Shown here in pieces: positions 61,161 to 64,000 of a DNA stretch of 64,000 nt. Position 1 is the first letter of the stretch; every line of letters begins with the position of its first letter. The translations under genes were made by a program, and so were the position numbers. This DNA is from a bacterium (GTDB lineage: Bacteria > UBA8248). Where the stretch lies: positions 3,808,001 to 3,872,000 of the forward strand of contig OZ242260.1 in the NCBI GenBank assembly GCA_965207065.1, in the 5' to 3' direction. Under the pieces are notes generated by a model that saw nothing but the letters and a program-made list of their open reading frames with translations, was not told the origin of the DNA and made no database searches.

Positions 61161-62609
61161 ATGTCTACCTGGATAGATGATCATCCAAAAGAAGAATGCG
61201 GCGTATTCGGGATCTACGGCCACCCTGAGGCGGCCAACATGGCCTACCTGGGTCTCTACGCACTTCAGCACAGAGGACAGGAGAGTGCGGGCATCGTGGC
61301 CTCCAACGGGGATAGGGTACACAGCGAAGTCGGTATGGGCCTCGTTGCTGATGTATTTACGGAAGAACGTATCGCTAAGCTTACCGGCAGCATCGCCATC
61401 GGACACAATCGCTACTCCACTTCCGGGCAATCCGACATCAAAAACGCACAACCGTTTCTGGTGAACTACGCCAAGGGAACAATCGCTCTCGGCCACAACG
61501 GGAACCTCGTCAATGGCGGCACCTTGCGTCAGGAGCTCGAAGCGAACGGCTCCATTTTCCGCAGTACGACGGACAGTGAGGTTATCTTGCATCTCATCGC
61601 GCGCTCCGATGAGAAAACCACCGAGGGAGCCATCATCGAAGCTATCCTGAGATTAGAGGGAGCCTATACGCTCACGATGATGACCGAGGAGAAGTTGATC
61701 GGTATCCGTGATCCCCTTGGCTTCCGTCCTCTGGTTTTGGGCAAACTCCCCGCCGCACAAAGCGGGAGCGATTCCTGGGTTCTCGCGAGCGAATCTTGCG
61801 CACTCGACCTGATTGACGCCGAATACGTACGGGAAGTGGAACCAGGCGAAATGGTCGTGATCGATAAAGACGGAGTAGCAAGCATCACTTATGCTCCGGC
61901 CGTTGAGCAACAGCAATGTATATTCGAGTTCATATATTTCGCCCGCCCGGACAGTTTCATTTTCGGAAAAAACGCCTATGCCGTCAGGAGAAAACTAGGC
62001 GCTCGACTCGCCGCGGAAGATAATGTGGAGGCGGATATCGTCACGCCTGTTCCAGACTCGGGCCTATCCGCCGCGCTCGGATACGCGAACGCATCGGGCT
62101 TGCCTCTTGAATGGGGCCTGATTCGTAACCACTATGTGGGCCGTACGTTTATCGAGCCGGAGCAGTCCATTCGAAATTTCGGCGTCAAACTCAAATTGAA
62201 TCCTATGAAAGAGTTCCTGGCGGACAAGCGGGTCATCGTGGTCGATGATTCCCTCGTCAGGGGCACGACGAGCCAAAAAATTGTAGAACTCATCCGGAAA
62301 GCAGGCGCAAAAGAAGTTCATATGCGTATCAGTTCCCCTCCCATCACCCACCCATGTTTTTTCGGTATCGACATGCCTACCCTCTCGGAACTAAAGGCCT
62401 CTTCGAACAGCGTTGAGGAAATCCGGCAATTCCTCAGAGCGGACAGTCTTCGCTATTTATCACTGGAGGGCCTGCTCCACTGCGTTCACCCGGATGAAGA
62501 ATCGTTTTGCACGGCTTGTTTCTCGGGAAAATATCCGATTTCCGTCGAAGACAATGACTACCAACTCTCTTTATTCCGGGATTCCCGCACTTCGGAGCAC
62601 CGCGCATAA
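61161..62609 (+). CDS. purF: Amidophosphoribosyltransferase (propeptide, Fe-S type)
   Basis: Propeptide ending EE-CGVFG, LQHRGQESAG, VDDSLVRGTT, CIFE, PCFFG and FCTAC motifs. Confidence 0.97.
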   Translation: MSTWIDDHPKEECGVFGIYGHPEAANMAYLGLYALQHRGQESAGIVASNGDRVHSEVGMGLVADVFTEERIAKLTGSIAIGHNRYSTSGQSDIKNAQPFLVNYAKGTIALGHNGNLVNGGTLRQELEANGSIFRSTTDSEVILHLIARSDEKTTEGAIIEAILRLEGAYTLTMMTEEKLIGIRDPLGFRPLVLGKLPAAQSGSDSWVLASESCALDLIDAEYVREVEPGEMVVIDKDGVASITYAPAVEQQQCIFEFIYFARPDSFIFGKNAYAVRRKLGARLAAEDNVEADIVTPVPDSGLSAALGYANASGLPLEWGLIRNHYVGRTFIEPEQSIRNFGVKLKLNPMKEFLADKRVIVVDDSLVRGTTSQKIVELIRKAGAKEVHMRISSPPITHPCFFGIDMPTLSELKASSNSVEEIRQFLRADSLRYLSLEGLLHCVHPDEESFCTACFSGKYPISVEDNDYQLSLFRDSRTSEHRA

Positions 62610-62719
62610 CCAATTTGACCAAGCTTGCCGGTGATTGTTATCCTATCGGGCGATTTTTGATCAGCCTACTGGAACACTATAAGAGAACAGCCTGAAATTA
62701 GGGAGAAAGTGTCTTGCTC

Positions 62720-64000
62720 ATGAATCGAAGATGTTTTCTCCTGATCTGCGCACTCGCAGCAGGCTGCAGCGCAGCGCCTGTCGCCCAGAATGAAATTCAG
62801 CAGAAAATATTACCAAATGATATTTCTTTTGAGACGCGCACCCACACAGCTCCCCAAACAAGAGTTTTACTCCCATCCCCGGCTCCAACACCTGAAACGC
62901 GCGAACAACCTGAAATCACTCCGAAAGAATCGCCTATTGCCTCGGTATCCATACCATTAAATAATATCGAAGCGGACAAAATCACAAAGCAGTCAGACCC
63001 TGTAGATTCCAGGGATGAAAAGGCGGACATAGACTCTGAACCTTCCCCACATGACATCAGCCTGCCGGTGCCCGAAATCGAAGAAAGGCTCAAGTTCCGG
63101 CCAACACCGGAAGCCAAGAAGCCCAAGGCCTTTTTGTATGACGTCCCCGTTGTTCGAAACGCCATCGTGGATCGATGGGTAGAGTACTTTACAGGTCCCG
63201 GGCGCGCCAGTTTTTCCGTCTGGCTTAGCAGGGGGGGGCGCTATATCAATTTGTTCCGTGAAATCCTGAAGGAACACCAACTTCCGCAGGACCTGGCATA
63301 TCTCTCTTTGATCGAGAGCGGATTCAGCCCGAAGGCACGCTCCAGAGCCGGCGCGGTTGGTCCCTGGCAGTTCATGCCGGGCACCGCGAGGCGGATGGGC
63401 CTGAAGATAAATTATTATATAGATGAGCGACGCCACCCGATGAAATCCACGCGGGCGGCTTCGGCTTACCTATCGAAACTTTACAAGAAATTCGGCGACT
63501 GGCATCTGGCGCTCTCCGCATACAACGCGGGGGAGCACCGCATCGCCAGGGCCATTCGCAGATCGAAGCGAAAAGACTACTGGTCACTCGCCAGAACAAG
63601 ATACATACCGAACGAAACTCGCAACTACGTCGCGAAGTACCTGGCAGGGATGATTATCGCGAAAAACCCGGAAGTTTTCGGATTCGTGGACATCGATTAT
63701 GCAAAATCCTGGAATTACAAAACCGTCAAACTTTCTCATGGCGCCAGCTTAAGAGCAATTTCCCGTATTTCGAACGTCTCTTTGCGCACATTGAGGGAAA
63801 TAAATGCAGAGCTGAGAACCTCCGTCACGCCGCCGGGCAATGGATACCATCTCTTTCTTCCGGGTGAAAAAGCGAAAAAATTTGCCGTGAAACTGGCGAA
63901 ACTGACCGAGAAATATCTCGCTTCTCCCAACGGTTACCGCATACAGCCAGGTGATACTTTCGGCGCCATCGCGCAAAGATTCGGAGTCCCGTTAGACAGG
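62720..64000 (+). CDS. MltD-like lytic transglycosylase lipoprotein with LysM (runs off the window)
   Basis: Not in the ORF track. Manual translation gives lipobox MNRRCFLLICALAAG-C, a Pro-rich linker, SLT motifs IESGF, AVGPWQFMPGTA, AYNAGE and ETRNYV, and a LysM start YRIQPGDTFGAIA. Confidence 0.9.
   Translation, partial: MNRRCFLLICALAAGCSAAPVAQNEIQQKILPNDISFETRTHTAPQTRVLLPSPAPTPETREQPEITPKESPIASVSIPLNNIEADKITKQSDPVDSRDEKADIDSEPSPHDISLPVPEIEERLKFRPTPEAKKPKAFLYDVPVVRNAIVDRWVEYFTGPGRASFSVWLSRGGRYINLFREILKEHQLPQDLAYLSLIESGFSPKARSRAGAVGPWQFMPGTARRMGLKINYYIDERRHPMKSTRAASAYLSKLYKKFGDWHLALSAYNAGEHRIARAIRRSKRKDYWSLARTRYIPNETRNYVAKYLAGMIIAKNPEVFGFVDIDYAKSWNYKTVKLSHGASLRAISRISNVSLRTLREINAELRTSVTPPGNGYHLFLPGEKAKKFAVKLAKLTEKYLASPNGYRIQPGDTFGAIAQRFGVPLDR

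Overview
A 64-kb chromosomal window from a GC-rich Gram-negative bacterium. Gene orders such as argH-lipoprotein-lysA-dapF...dapB-dapL-folK, a split F0 operon followed by rex, and ilvB/N-psd-pssA suggest a Deltaproteobacteria/Nitrospinota-like lineage (inference only). Most of the window is housekeeping: hisC, panC, folK, DapL-type lysine genes, argH, atpZIBE, rex, tsaB, duplicated ilvB/ilvN, psd-pssA, lptD, ugd-uxs-gmhA, purB-purCSQLF and an MltD-like lytic transglycosylase. Accessory blocks sit among these genes, several ending at clusters of palindromic repeats. Four stand out. (1) A translationally coupled larE-larB-larC nickel-pincer cofactor operon carries a fourth coupled gene, a ThiS/MoaD-type sulfur carrier ending in GG, with no larA nearby. 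(2) A divergent Tat-exported NapA/NasA-like molybdoenzyme operon has a diheme class I cytochrome c instead of NapB, lacks napC/napD, and has a NapH fused to an extra His-His-initiated membrane-anchored domain; it is transcribed divergently from katG. (3) A 7Fe ferredoxin is fused through an Ala-rich linker to a membrane helix and an unknown domain. (4) A TonB/ExbBD motor is encoded with two giant TPR proteins and no receptor. No rRNA, tRNA, CRISPR array or intact transposase was recognised. All calls come from motif recognition by eye; no database search was run.
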